From an uncultured Candidatus Saccharibacteria bacterium (GTDB taxonomy: Bacteria; Patescibacteriota; Minisyncoccia; Phycocordibacterales; CAYSCM01): 64,000 bases of DNA. The stretch covers positions 352,001 to 416,000 of the forward strand of contig CAYSCM010000001.1 in the NCBI GenBank assembly GCA_964429815.1, given 5' to 3'. Positions 1 through 9,917 of this stretch are shown piece by piece. How positions within the stretch are numbered: the stretch's first letter is position 1; every line of letters starts with the position of its first letter. A model generated the notes under the pieces. That model made no database searches, was not told the DNA's origin, and was given only the letters and a program-made list of their open reading frames with translations. A program made the translations under genes and the position numbers.

Positions 1-302
1 AGAAAGAAAAGGGCGTATCCGATTCCGAGCGCCGAAAAGAGAAACGCCGTTGTGTAGCCGAACTGCGAATGGACCCCGATGAGAGCTTCTTTCTCAGGGT
101 GCTGTGCGAGTACGTACTCTTGCGTCACCTCGCCGAGCTGCGTCGCGATAAGGGCGAGGACGGCCCCGGCGATGACAAGTGTTCCGCGGAAATGCCTCCA
201 GTGAGGTCCGCGAAACCACCCACCGGAAGAAGCTATTTCCGCGATCGCATAGGCAACGAGGAGGCCGATTGGGAAGTGAACGAAGAGGGGGTGTAGGTTC
301 AT
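1..302 (-). CDS. DUF2231-like membrane protein, N-terminal part (gene continues past window start)
   Basis: Manual translation of minus strand from ATG at 302-300 gives MNLHPLFVHFPIGLLVAYAIAEIASSGGWF..., a hydrophobic TM-rich N-terminus typical of DUF2231; no stop before the window edge. Confidence 0.45.
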   Translation of the reverse strand, partial: MNLHPLFVHFPIGLLVAYAIAEIASSGGWFRGPHWRHFRGTLVIAGAVLALIATQLGEVTQEYVLAQHPEKEALIGVHSQFGYTTAFLFSALGIGYALFF

Positions 303-311
303 CGGCCTACG

Positions 312-752
312 TTAGCGAGGCCGAGCTCCGGCGGCAAAAAAGGTTTCGGTGGTCGAAGCAGGTCGTATTTGGATCGAGTTTGCCGTAATAGAGCCGTCCG
401 AATTGTTACTGCCGGCAGCAACGATGTTTTCACCGAGCACAAGGTCGTCGAGGTTCCCCGCGACCATTTTCCCGACCATCGTCGAAGCGCCGAAGAAGAC
501 GATGCGGGAACCGCCGGAAGGCAACTTTACGGTGACGCTTTGTTCGTCCTTCGCGATTATCTCTCCCACCGCGGCGTTACCGAGACGCCCCCGCTGGGTC
601 GCCCCGGTCGCCCCGGCTCCGCCAAACCCTCCGGCAGTGCGTACTGCGCGCGCTCCGGTACCGGAGCGCGCGTGAAGCACGCCTGCGTAAAACGATGCAC
701 CGCTTGCGATGATGAGGACGACGGCGACGATGATAAGATTTTTTCGGTTCAT
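312..752 (-). CDS. secreted DUF5666-like protein (N-terminal TM/signal, Gly/Ala-rich linker)
   Basis: ORF track 146 aa; MNRKNLIIVAVVLIIASGASFYAG TM followed by GEIIAKDEQSVTVKLPSGGSRIVFF...SITANSIQI beta-rich domain, similar architecture to ORF 55652-56092. Confidence 0.55.
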   Translation of the reverse strand: MNRKNLIIVAVVLIIASGASFYAGVLHARSGTGARAVRTAGGFGGAGATGATQRGRLGNAAVGEIIAKDEQSVTVKLPSGGSRIVFFGASTMVGKMVAGNLDDLVLGENIVAAGSNNSDGSITANSIQIRPASTTETFFAAGARPR

Positions 753-782
753 GGTAGATGGTTACGTTACTAATTAATAATG

Positions 783-2006
783 CTACTCATAGCGAAGTGC
801 CTCGATGGGGTTAAGCTGTGCCGCGCGCCGAGCCGGATAGTAGCCGAAGAGTATTCCTATCCCCGCCGCCACTCCGAACGCCAGGATGACCGAAGAGATG
901 GAGACGCTCGTCTGTACAAGTCCGAGCGCTTTGACAGCACGGGCCAGAGCCCAGCCGAGAAGTATCCCAATGACACCTCCTACCCCCGTGAGCGCCACGG
1001 CCTCGGCAAGGAATTGGACCGTGATGTCGTGTCGAGTCGCACCTATTGCTTTGCGAAGCCCTATCTCTCGCGTGCGCTCGGTAACCGTCGTCAGCATCAT
1101 GTTCATGATGCCAATGCCGCCGACCACCAGCGATATCCCCGCGATCGCAGCAAGAAGAATAGTAAGGGTCCCGGTGATGCTTGAGGCCGTCGCGATGATA
1201 TCCGCCTCGTTGATGGTCGAAAAGTCGGCGGCGGTGGGGTCCGAGATGTGGTGGCGATTAAGGAGCAGCGTCGTAATATCCTGCTGCATCTGGGTCATGG
1301 CCGCCGCATCGACAGCCTCGACGCTTATGGTCGAGAGGTAGGAACTTCCCGCAAGGTAGCGCTGCGCGGACGTGAGCGGTACGTAGATAGCGTCATCGGG
1401 GTTGTTAAAACCGGACCCGCCCTTGCTTTTGGTGATACCGATGACCTTGAATTGCACCCCTTTGATACGGACGACGTCCCCCAAGGCATCCGCACCTTCG
1501 CCGAAAAGGTCGTCGCGGGCGGTGGGACCAAGGACCGCGACCTTGGCGAGCGAGCGGTCGTTTTGGTCGGAGATAAAAGAACCTTCGTCGACTTCAACGT
1601 TGCGAACCGTCGGGTAGCTGCCCGTCGTACCGATGACCGAAGTGTTCGTATTAGTGCCCTTGGCGCTTATTTGGTAGCGCCCGGTGAGTTCCGGCGCAAC
1701 GGCTTCGACGGAATTCACCTCGGAAGCGACGGCGTCCGCATCGCCGCGCGTGAGCGACTGGGCCGTACCGCGCCCGGTAGATATAGTGAACCCCGGCCCG
1801 CGTTGTGCGCCCGGGGTCACGAGTACCAAATTAGCCCCGATCGATTGAATACTTGCTTGAATGGAATTTTGAGCGCCTTGCCCGACCGATATCATCGCAA
1901 TGACGGAAGAAATTCCTATCACGATGCCCAGGACCGTAAGGGAAGAGCGCACCTTGTTGGCGCTCATGGCGTGGTACGTCTCATCCATAACGTCAGTGAA
2001 TCTCAT
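783..2006 (-). CDS. ABC transporter permease, MacB/FtsX family
   Basis: 407 aa; N-terminal TM, large periplasmic domain, C-terminal FtsX-type 3-TM bundle; 4-nt overlap with upstream ATPase gene. Confidence 0.88.
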   Translation of the reverse strand: MRFTDVMDETYHAMSANKVRSSLTVLGIVIGISSVIAMISVGQGAQNSIQASIQSIGANLVLVTPGAQRGPGFTISTGRGTAQSLTRGDADAVASEVNSVEAVAPELTGRYQISAKGTNTNTSVIGTTGSYPTVRNVEVDEGSFISDQNDRSLAKVAVLGPTARDDLFGEGADALGDVVRIKGVQFKVIGITKSKGGSGFNNPDDAIYVPLTSAQRYLAGSSYLSTISVEAVDAAAMTQMQQDITTLLLNRHHISDPTAADFSTINEADIIATASSITGTLTILLAAIAGISLVVGGIGIMNMMLTTVTERTREIGLRKAIGATRHDITVQFLAEAVALTGVGGVIGILLGWALARAVKALGLVQTSVSISSVILAFGVAAGIGILFGYYPARRAAQLNPIEALRYE

Positions 2007-2710
2007 ACATTGGCGTGAAGTCGATGTCGACCTGTCTTTTCATCGGAGACGACCATGCCGTCTCGAATGGAAATGATACGCTGCGCATGCTGTGCAACGT
2101 CGTGCTCGTGCGTGATGATGACGATGGTACGACCGAGCTCGCGGTTGAGGCGCCCGAAGGTGTCGAGCACTACCTCGCCCGTTTTGGTGTCGAGGTTACC
2201 GGTCGGCTCGTCGGCGAGGATGAGCACCGGATCATTGACGAGCGCGCGAGCGATGGCGACGCGCTGCTGTTGGCCGCCCGAGAGAAGGTTGCTCCGATAG
2301 TAAAAGTGTCCCTCATCGAGACCCGCTTCGACGAGCGCCCTCTTCGCTCGAGTCTCTCTTCCATGTTCGGGCATTTGGGCATAGACCAAGGGAAGCATCA
2401 CGTTGCGCATGACGCTCGTGCGGCGCAAGAGGTTGAAAGTTTGAAACACGAACCCGATTTTGGCCCTTCGTATGGACGCAAGCGCATCGTCGGAGAGCGT
2501 CGATACGTCGATGCCGTCGAGCGAGTACGTACCGCTCGAGGGCGTATCGAGGCAGCCAAGTATGTTCATGAGCGTCGATTTTCCCGAGCCAGACGGGCCC
2601 ATGATAGCGACGAATTCACCGGTTTTTATACTGAAGGAAATACCCCGGAGGACGATGGTTTCGAGATCACCAGCATGAAAGATCTTAGTGATGTCCGTAA
2701 GCTCGATCAT
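2003..2710 (-). CDS. ABC transporter ATP-binding protein (MacB/LolD-type)
   Basis: Walker [13 protein letters not shown] signature [15 protein letters not shown], Walker [12 protein letters not shown]. Confidence 0.92.
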   Translation of the reverse strand: MIELTDITKIFHAGDLETIVLRGISFSIKTGEFVAIMGPSGSGKSTLMNILGCLDTPSSGTYSLDGIDVSTLSDDALASIRRAKIGFVFQTFNLLRRTSVMRNVMLPLVYAQMPEHGRETRAKRALVEAGLDEGHFYYRSNLLSGGQQQRVAIARALVNDPVLILADEPTGNLDTKTGEVVLDTFGRLNRELGRTIVIITHEHDVAQHAQRIISIRDGMVVSDEKTGRHRLHANV

Positions 2711-2712
2711 GG

Positions 2713-4488
2713 TCAGCGTCCGCCCGTTTGTATCCGGACGTTGCCACCGCCGCGGGCGCTCCCGATGAGGCTCGGCGCTTGTTGCGTCACTGTCGTCGCA
2801 GCGGATATGGTGCGGGAGATTATTTGTTCTCCCTCGTCGAGACCCGAGGTTATTTCAACCGCGCTGTCGCTCGTGAGCCCGACCGTGACCGGCGTGCGGA
2901 TCGGTGTCTCGCTCGTCGTAAGGCCCTGTGCCGAGTCTGTGGACGTCGCGACGGGCGGGTTAAAGACCTCGACGTAACTTGCACCGCCTTGTGATTTGAC
3001 GGCGGAGGAGGGGACGATGAGCGCGTCCGTTTTGCTTCCGCTGATGATGGCGGCTGAAACGCTCATTCCAGGCTTGATGTGTGCGTCTTGGGTATCGAGA
3101 TGAATGTCAACGGTATAGGTGACCACCCCCTGCGAGACGGTGCCCACCGTATCGACCGATGCGACTTCACCGGTGATGGAAAGCCCGTCGATGGCGTCGA
3201 AGGTAAGGGTGGCCTTCTGTCCCACCCTGACCTTCGCGACATCGACCTCGTTTAGGGTTACCTCGGCGAGTTGATCGGACGTTACGAGCGTGGCAACAGC
3301 GCTCCCCGCGCTCACCGAGTCGTATTTTTTAACGTTGACCTTGGCAAGCGTTCCCGCGAAAGGCGCGTACACGGCATAATTGTTTAGTGTCTGCTGCGCA
3401 TCCAAGAGCGCGTTTCGTCGCTGCAACAACGTGAGCTGGGAGGATTGAATATCAAGACTATCCGCGCCCGCCTTTAATTTTTGAAGCGACTGTTGCTTTT
3501 CGAGAATCGTCGACGTAGCGGTCTCTATCGCCGTTTTGTTCGTCAGAAGGCTTTGCACGTCGCCATTGACCTGTCCCGTATACGTCCCGAGATTGGTGAG
3601 GTAGACAGTGAGCGTCGAAGGGATCGCAAGTGAGTGCTCGGTGAGCCGGTCTTTTACGAAGTTGTAGAGATCGGTCGCGCTTTTAATAGCGTCACTTATC
3701 TTTTTGCTGGTGTCATAGGATTCACCGATAAGGCCGGTAAGGGTGCCGGCGTCCGCGCCACGAGAAGTAGCTTTGTAGTCGGCAAACGTTTTGTTGTAGG
3801 CATCATTCGCCCCTAGGTAGGCAGCGATGGCGGCATCTTTGTAGGTTGTTACGTTGTTGTCGAAGAGGCGAACCATATCAGAGAACGCGGAAGCGTTGTC
3901 TTGCGTGTTTCCTCCGACATTGTTGTGACCATAGAGGGCGTCGTAGAGGCCGCTCATGACCGACGGCAAATTAAGGAACGCATTACTTACAGAGCTGAAA
4001 CCATTATCAAGACCTTGGCTGTAATCGCTTTGCGCTTGAGAGAGCGCGTTTTGGGCCTGCGTCAGGGAGAGCGTGTCCGCTGGCTCCGTCAATTTTTGAA
4101 GCGCTATCTGGGCGCTTTGAAGGTTAGCCTCCGCGTCTCGCACTCCTTTTTGCGCGTCGGCGCTGTCGAGGGCGACGATAAGTTGCCCTGCATGGACGAC
4201 CTGCCCCCGCGCGGGGCTTACGTATACGACGTCGCCTCCCGCTTTAGGCTTAAGGTCGATTTGCTGCGAAGCAAGAACCTGTCCGGTACCGGTCACCGAG
4301 GAGACGATGGTTCCGCGCTCCGCCCTAGCGAGCACGTAGCGCGTCTGACTCGGCGTCGACGAAAAAGCGCCATAGGCGTAATAGCAAAATCCAAAAAAGG
4401 CGAGAAGGGAAATAGCCGAGGTAATCTTATGAGCTTTTGCGCGGGCAACCATACGCATAAGAAAACGACTATTAGGAGAAGATTTCAT
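2713..4488 (-). CDS. HlyD/MacA-family periplasmic adaptor (efflux membrane fusion protein)
   Basis: 591 aa; N-terminal TM, long coiled-coil-like Q/A/L-rich region, C-terminal beta-barrel-like domain; first gene of a 3-gene efflux operon on the minus strand. Confidence 0.8.
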   Translation of the reverse strand: MKSSPNSRFLMRMVARAKAHKITSAISLLAFFGFCYYAYGAFSSTPSQTRYVLARAERGTIVSSVTGTGQVLASQQIDLKPKAGGDVVYVSPARGQVVHAGQLIVALDSADAQKGVRDAEANLQSAQIALQKLTEPADTLSLTQAQNALSQAQSDYSQGLDNGFSSVSNAFLNLPSVMSGLYDALYGHNNVGGNTQDNASAFSDMVRLFDNNVTTYKDAAIAAYLGANDAYNKTFADYKATSRGADAGTLTGLIGESYDTSKKISDAIKSATDLYNFVKDRLTEHSLAIPSTLTVYLTNLGTYTGQVNGDVQSLLTNKTAIETATSTILEKQQSLQKLKAGADSLDIQSSQLTLLQRRNALLDAQQTLNNYAVYAPFAGTLAKVNVKKYDSVSAGSAVATLVTSDQLAEVTLNEVDVAKVRVGQKATLTFDAIDGLSITGEVASVDTVGTVSQGVVTYTVDIHLDTQDAHIKPGMSVSAAIISGSKTDALIVPSSAVKSQGGASYVEVFNPPVATSTDSAQGLTTSETPIRTPVTVGLTSDSAVEITSGLDEGEQIISRTISAATTVTQQAPSLIGSARGGGNVRIQTGGR

Positions 4489-4491
4489 ACG

Positions 4492-4959
4492 TTAGCGCAT
4501 CGGGGGCGGCGGCAGGACGCGAACAAACCGCGCGACGACCTGGGAGCTATCATTTGGATTGCCGATGACGACGACGTAATCATCCTCAGCAAGCGTTGAG
4601 GAAGAAATGATCTGTTCCCCGCTGCGAATAGTGGTGCTCGCGTTGAGAAGGACGACCTTTTCTTCTCCGCGCGGCTCTTCGACCAGGAATGTCGGGAGGG
4701 AGACTTTGATTATTTTCCCAAACGCACCATTTCCACCCGGAAGGTTGAAGAAAGAAGATCCCATCGGCATTCCACGATCTTCTCCCGAACGGAAGACACG
4801 GTAGTAACTATCCCCAAAACGATACGCAAACCCCGCCTCATGCCGTCCCACGACGACACCAGCCTGGAAGACGACAAGAACGCTGATAATGGCAAGGAGA
4901 GCTATCAAGACGCGACGCAACGTCTTCGATTCGAACGTCGAGTGCAGGTTCATGTGCAA
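4492..4959 (-). CDS. hypothetical membrane-anchored protein
   Basis: 155 aa ORF with one TM (VLIALLAIISVLVVFQAGVVVG); stop/start abuts neighbouring genes. Confidence 0.4.
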   Translation of the reverse strand: MHMNLHSTFESKTLRRVLIALLAIISVLVVFQAGVVVGRHEAGFAYRFGDSYYRVFRSGEDRGMPMGSSFFNLPGGNGAFGKIIKVSLPTFLVEEPRGEEKVVLLNASTTIRSGEQIISSSTLAEDDYVVVIGNPNDSSQVVARFVRVLPPPPMR

Positions 4960-4962
4960 AAG

Positions 4963-5400
4963 TTATGCGTAGCGAATAAAAAATGGTCGCGATGTGCCGA
5001 ACAAAAACCGAAGCGACAGAAGGAAGGTGGAAAGAGACAGCAACACTGCAATGAATCCCATGACCGGCAGCGTCTGCGCGATCGAGAGCAGGAGCTCTCG
5101 CCAGACTTCTAGTGCAGATGAGCCATCGCTTACGACGAGGCGTACATATGAGGTAAAGCCGCTGATGCTCGCCTCATTGAGGAGCAATCTCATTGCAGGA
5201 ACGAGGGCTCCGAACGAAAGAAGCGAACAAAGACCCATCGTAAAGATCTGAAGTCGATGGCCGCGCCTCATGCGTCGCATGAGCGCCTGTTCGATAGCGC
5301 CTTTCAAGGCAAGACGGGGCCGCGGTGAGGCTAGGCTTTGGAAGATTTCTTCGTAGGAAGTCATGGTATGTATACGTAAGAGGAGCGCATCTGGGTGCAC
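4963..5400 (-). CDS. hypothetical membrane protein, possible anti-sigma factor partner
   Basis: 145 aa with 2-3 TM segments directly downstream of an ECF sigma factor gene on the same strand; role inferred from position only. Confidence 0.35.
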   Translation of the reverse strand: MHPDALLLRIHTMTSYEEIFQSLASPRPRLALKGAIEQALMRRMRRGHRLQIFTMGLCSLLSFGALVPAMRLLLNEASISGFTSYVRLVVSDGSSALEVWRELLLSIAQTLPVMGFIAVLLSLSTFLLSLRFLFGTSRPFFIRYA

Positions 5401-5553
5401 TCCTCCTTCTCATGGCCGGCGCGATAAAGTCGGCATATCGCGCCAGCGCGATAAACGCGCTACGCCCATCTGGCAGTGCCAGCGCGCGCAGGCGAGAGGC
5501 TTATGGCCTCTACATAAGAATACGGACAAAGTGTGAATCTTGGTGCACCATGC

Positions 5554-6129
5554 TCATTTCCGCTCTCGAAGGTCGAGGCTGGAGCGAAGTTTTTCGATGG
5601 CGCGTCGATGTCGGCTCTTTACGGTATTGTTCGATTGTCCGAGAATGTTCCCGATTTCCTCAAAGGTGAACCCATCGATATAGTGAAGATGAAGTACTTC
5701 TTGTTGCGGTAGAGGGAGCTCCTCCATGACTTCGGCGAGATGTCGCGCGTCTTCGGCGCGAGCGGCCAGCTCGGAGGGCAGAGCAGCGTTATCGGGAAGA
5801 TTCTCCGCAAACGAGCCGGCACGTTCGTCGCTCTCGAGCTCGGAGAAAAGTGTCTCGCGCCGCTTTCGCAAGAGATCTATCGAGGCATTACGGGCAATGT
5901 TGTAGAGCCATGTACGAAAACTCCAAAAACTGTCGTAGCGCGCAAGATTACGCCAGACTTTCACGAACGTTTCCTGTGCCGCATCTTCAGCGACTTCTTC
6001 TCGTCCGGTGAGCCGGAAAACGAATGCGTACACGCCAGGCAGATGACGTTCGACAAGATTCGCGAGGGCCGCCTCGTCGCCGTGCAGCGCTTCGTCCACG
6101 AGTTCTTTGTCTGAGCGCGGGTCCATGGG
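5554..6129 (-). CDS. RNA polymerase sigma-70 factor, ECF subfamily
   Basis: Region 2 motif AQETFVKVWRNLARYD and region 4 HTH GFTFEEIGNILGQSNNTVKSRHRRAIEKLR; start trimmed to MDPRSDKEL. Confidence 0.85.
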   Translation of the reverse strand, partial: PMDPRSDKELVDEALHGDEAALANLVERHLPGVYAFVFRLTGREEVAEDAAQETFVKVWRNLARYDSFWSFRTWLYNIARNASIDLLRKRRETLFSELESDERAGSFAENLPDNAALPSELAARAEDARHLAEVMEELPLPQQEVLHLHYIDGFTFEEIGNILGQSNNTVKSRHRRAIEKLRSSLDLRERK

Positions 6130-6306
6130 GGAAAGCGTAGCGCGTGAAAGCGAAAAGTAAACCGTCACGACTTGACTTGCTATACTAGGGTCGTAGTGTC
6201 TTGATACCTACGCTAACGGGCTGAAAACAGTTATAACGCGGCTTACCTTAAGCGTATTTTCTCCGCGAGGCCGTGGTAATAGCCTCGAGTCCGTATCGTC
6301 ATCATT

Positions 6307-6816
6307 ATGGAAGAACAAAAGAGGGCGTTCCTAGCGGCATATGAGGAGCATGCGGACGCGCTCTACCGCTACTGTTATTTCAAAATAAACGATACCGAGA
6401 TCGCACGAGATTTATTGCAGGACACGTTCGCAAAAACGTGGAATTACATTGCGTCGGGCAACACGGTAAGCAACATGAAAGCGTTTCTCTATCGCTCGAT
6501 CAACAACGAGATCATCGACGAATACCGGAGGAAGAAGCATGCCTCACTTGAGGTTATGGCCGAAGAATCGGGATTCGATCCGGTGGCTCCGGAGATGAGC
6601 TCTCACGAAGAGCTGCTCGACGGGAAGCGAGTATTGACGCTCCTTGGCCATCTGCCGAAGCTCTATCGGGATGCGATATTCATGCGCTATGTGGAGGAGC
6701 TTTCTCTCACCGAAATAGCGGAGATACTCGGTGAATCGGAAAATACCATCTCCGTGCGCGTTCACCGTGGAATAAAAAAACTGCGGGAACTTTTCGACGA
6801 AAACATACGAACATGA
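6307..6816 (+). CDS. RNA polymerase sigma-70 factor, ECF subfamily
   Basis: LQDTFAKTWNYIAS (region 2) and LSLTEIAEILGESENTISVRVHRGIKKLR (region 4); divergent from the other ECF sigma gene. Confidence 0.85.
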   Translation: MEEQKRAFLAAYEEHADALYRYCYFKINDTEIARDLLQDTFAKTWNYIASGNTVSNMKAFLYRSINNEIIDEYRRKKHASLEVMAEESGFDPVAPEMSSHEELLDGKRVLTLLGHLPKLYRDAIFMRYVEELSLTEIAEILGESENTISVRVHRGIKKLRELFDENIRT

Positions 6817-8066
6817 ACGAACGAAACGCTAATTCAATAGAGGAAATCCTCACGCGCGGAAAAAGCGTCCGGCTTTCTGATTTTGAAAAGGGAGAGATGC
6901 GCAAATCCCTCATCAACACGATGGAGACTACTTCGTCGCGACCCCGCATATATCGCCAAGCGCGTGCTCTTTCTTGGAGTTATCTTTCGATGCGGGTGAG
7001 CGTCGCTTCGCTCCTCGTGCTTTTCCTCGGGGCTGGGACGTCGTTTGCGGCTCAGAGCGCGGTCCCGGGCGACGCACTATATCCCATCAAAGTCGGTGTG
7101 AACGAAAAAGTCGAAATTTTCCTTGCTAGGAGCCAAAAAGCGCTCGCCGAAGTAACCGCCAAGCATGCGCTCACGCGCCTTACGGAAGCGGAGACCCTCG
7201 CGTCGGAAGGAAAGCTCGACCCCAAGAAGAAATCCGAGGTCGAACAGCGTTTCTACAAAAACGTGGCCGATCTGCGCGGGAATCTCAAGAAATTGGAGGG
7301 GAGCGGCGACTACGCGGCGGCGACCAACGTGAGCTCCTCCTTCGAGGAGGGTCTTGGTGAGCATCTTGGTGCCTTTGTCAATCTCTCCGGAAACATTGCA
7401 ACGGCAACGCCCGAAGTAGCCGCCATTGCCGACTCGGTGGGCAGCGAGCTCCAGTCGACCCAGAACGAGCGGGTAGCGATCTCTGAGCGGGAAATCTCCG
7501 AAGCGGCGACGACCACGCTCGCGCAAGTCCGTGCCGCTTCGGATAGCGCGCAGAAGAAAATCGCGGACGTTGAAGCGTTCGTGTCCCAATCTTCCTCCTC
7601 GACACCCTCCCCGGTATCTGCCGTTGTCACTGAGCGTCTTAGCGCTGCAGAAGAACTCTTTGCGCGCGCGGTGGCCCTTCAAAATGCCGGCTCCTACGGC
7701 GAAGCGTTCGCGCTCTTTAGGGAGGTGCAGTCGCAAGTACAGGACGTCAAACTCCTCACCATTTTGGGTACGAAGGTAAAGCGCGGACTCACGGTGCGCT
7801 CCGCTCAAGGGGTCGCAACAAGCTCGCTCACGGGTTTTCCCAAAAAGGGAGAGGAAGGCTCGGGTGAAAAGGTCCAGGTACGTGCGGAACTCGCCCCCCA
7901 ACCAAAGGCCGCCGAGCTCGACATCAACGGTGAGCTGCGACAATCCGCTGATGAAAAATCATTGAGCACCAGCAGCGAAAGGAGGGGTATCAAGATACAG
8001 ATCGATCGAGATGGGGAGCAGAGAGACGAGGAAAGCTCCGGCGTTCATCTCAATATCGATCTCTGA
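6813..8066 (+). CDS. DUF5667-like anti-sigma-factor-type membrane protein
   Basis: ATGA overlap with the sigma factor stop (translational coupling); cytoplasmic N-term, single TM (VSVASLLVLFLGAG), long A/E/K-rich extracytoplasmic domain. Confidence 0.6.
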   Translation: MNERNANSIEEILTRGKSVRLSDFEKGEMRKSLINTMETTSSRPRIYRQARALSWSYLSMRVSVASLLVLFLGAGTSFAAQSAVPGDALYPIKVGVNEKVEIFLARSQKALAEVTAKHALTRLTEAETLASEGKLDPKKKSEVEQRFYKNVADLRGNLKKLEGSGDYAAATNVSSSFEEGLGEHLGAFVNLSGNIATATPEVAAIADSVGSELQSTQNERVAISEREISEAATTTLAQVRAASDSAQKKIADVEAFVSQSSSSTPSPVSAVVTERLSAAEELFARAVALQNAGSYGEAFALFREVQSQVQDVKLLTILGTKVKRGLTVRSAQGVATSSLTGFPKKGEEGSGEKVQVRAELAPQPKAAELDINGELRQSADEKSLSTSSERRGIKIQIDRDGEQRDEESSGVHLNIDL

Positions 8067-8124
8067 AATTTTGATACCCGACCGAGAGCCGGTCGTCTTC
8101 CTCAAGGAGGGGTACAATAGCCGG

Positions 8125-9267
8125 ATGGAGCCGCTCGCCTCGAAAATACGCCCCGAACAACTTTCTGACTTTTTCGGCCAGGAACATTTGGTCGGGAAGG
8201 GTAAGCCTCTGCGCGAGGCGATCGAAGGAGGGCACCTCTTCTCCTTCATCCTCTGGGGACCTCCCGGCTCCGGAAAGACCACCCTCGCGCGCATCTACGC
8301 AAAAGCCCTCAATGCCGAGTTCCACGAGCTCTCCGCCGTCGACTCGGGAAAGGACGACATTAAGGCGATCGTCGGGAAACGCGGCCAACTTGCGCTCGGC
8401 AAACCCAAGGTCCTCTTTATCGATGAGATACATCGATTCAACAAAGCCCAGCAGGATTTCCTGCTGCCGTTCGTCGAAAAAGGAGAACTCACGCTCATCG
8501 GGGCGACGACTGAAAACCCTTCTTTCGAGGTCATCCCCGCGCTTTTATCCCGCTGCCGCGTTTTTGTCCTCTCGGAGCTTTCAGAAAAGGATATGGAAAA
8601 GATACTCAAGCGGACGGGCTTCAAGATGGGCAGCGAGGCTAGAGGGTGGCTTATCCGGCAAGCAGGAGGTGATGCACGACAGGCTATAACGACGCTTGAA
8701 GCGGCGCACCGCCTCTACGGAAAAATTTCCGCCGAAACGCTCAGAGAGACCATTCAGAGCACGCACCTGCGGTACGACAAGAAGGGGGAAGAACACTACA
8801 ACACCGTTTCCGCGTTCATTAAGAGCATGCGTGCCTCGCAACCCGATGCGGCCCTCTACTATCTCGCACGGATGATCGAGGCAGGAGAGGACCCGCTCTT
8901 CATTGCACGCCGCATGGTCATTTTCGCAAGCGAGGACGTTGGCCTAGCCCAACCGACAGCGCTCGTCGTCGCCAACGAAGTGTTTCGGGCGTGCGAGACG
9001 ATAGGCTACCCTGAGTGCGCCATCAACCTTGCCCATGGCACTGCCTACCTTGCGACAGCGAAGAAAAATCGGGACTCCTACAATGCCTACCTTGCAGCAA
9101 TGGACGACGTGAAGACCTACGGCAACCTCCCCATACCGCTTAAGGTGCGCAATGCGCCGACAAAGCTTATGAAGGAGCTCGGGTACCACAAGGGCTACAA
9201 ACTCTATGACAGAGAAAGCTACCTTCCGGAAAAATTGAAGGGAAAAAAGTATCTCGGCGGGACCTAA
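8125..9267 (+). CDS. rarA: replication-associated recombination protein A (AAA+ ATPase RarA/MgsA)
   Basis: Walker A GPPGSGKTT, Walker B LFIDEIHRF, MgsA C-terminal helical domain; start trimmed to MEPLASKIRPEQL. Confidence 0.9.
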   Translation: MEPLASKIRPEQLSDFFGQEHLVGKGKPLREAIEGGHLFSFILWGPPGSGKTTLARIYAKALNAEFHELSAVDSGKDDIKAIVGKRGQLALGKPKVLFIDEIHRFNKAQQDFLLPFVEKGELTLIGATTENPSFEVIPALLSRCRVFVLSELSEKDMEKILKRTGFKMGSEARGWLIRQAGGDARQAITTLEAAHRLYGKISAETLRETIQSTHLRYDKKGEEHYNTVSAFIKSMRASQPDAALYYLARMIEAGEDPLFIARRMVIFASEDVGLAQPTALVVANEVFRACETIGYPECAINLAHGTAYLATAKKNRDSYNAYLAAMDDVKTYGNLPIPLKVRNAPTKLMKELGYHKGYKLYDRESYLPEKLKGKKYLGGT

Positions 9268-9290
9268 GCCCCCTTTGGTATACTCTCGCT

Positions 9291-9917
9291 ATGCACAGAA
9301 ACCTCATCGTCGGCTTCATCGCTCTTAGTGTCCTCGGGGTAGGCGGATACCTCCTCGTGGGAAGGTCTTTCTTGGGATCGGAGGTGAGCAGGAACCCTTC
9401 AGGACCGATGCAAAGTGGTTCCTTCCGCTCTCTTGCCGCGAGCGTGGCGCCGCGGCGCTGTTCCATCATAAGCGGCAGCGGCCCCTCTGCGACTAACGGA
9501 GTGCTCTACATCGCTTCGGGAAACGTCCGTGGCGACTTTACGGGCTCGGCGGGAGCCGGAAGCGTGGAGAGCCACATGATAGTGAAGAGGAATGTGAGCT
9601 ACATCTGGAGCTCGGCGACGGCGCAAGGTTTCAAGATGAGCGTCCCCTCGGCGTCCTCTGGCGGACAGGAGAGTGTCTCTGGGAGCCTCTCCTACGACCA
9701 GACGGTAGAGTATTCCTGCGAACCTTGGAGTGTCGACCAGTCGAAATTTTCTCTCCCGACGGGGATTTCCTTCTCCGACGTCTCTCAAGTGCAAAGCGGC
9801 GCCGCCGGAGCGGCCGGGAATGAGGGTCTGCGCGGAACGGCCGAGCAGTGCAAAGCGTGCGAGAGCCTCTCCGGCGCCCAGAAGGCGCAGTGTCTTGTCG
9901 CGCTCTCGTGCCAGTAA
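9291..9917 (+). CDS. hypothetical secreted protein with Cys-rich C-terminus
   Basis: 208 aa; N-terminal TM/signal IVGFIALSVLGVGGYLLV; C-terminus CKACESLSGAQKAQCLVALSCQ. Confidence 0.5.
   Translation: MHRNLIVGFIALSVLGVGGYLLVGRSFLGSEVSRNPSGPMQSGSFRSLAASVAPRRCSIISGSGPSATNGVLYIASGNVRGDFTGSAGAGSVESHMIVKRNVSYIWSSATAQGFKMSVPSASSGGQESVSGSLSYDQTVEYSCEPWSVDQSKFSLPTGISFSDVSQVQSGAAGAAGNEGLRGTAEQCKACESLSGAQKAQCLVALSCQ

Noticed and set aside
6169-6306. Candidate ECF-type promoters (AAC...CGTC) in the divergent sigma-factor intergenic region
   Set aside because: Spacing between candidate -35 and -10 elements does not fit 16-17 nt; could not be called reliably by eye.
7077-7943. 288-aa minus-strand ORF antisense to the DUF5667 gene
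   Set aside because: High-GC antisense artefact; Arg/Gly-rich junk composition, whereas the + strand ORF has TM and coupling to the sigma factor.
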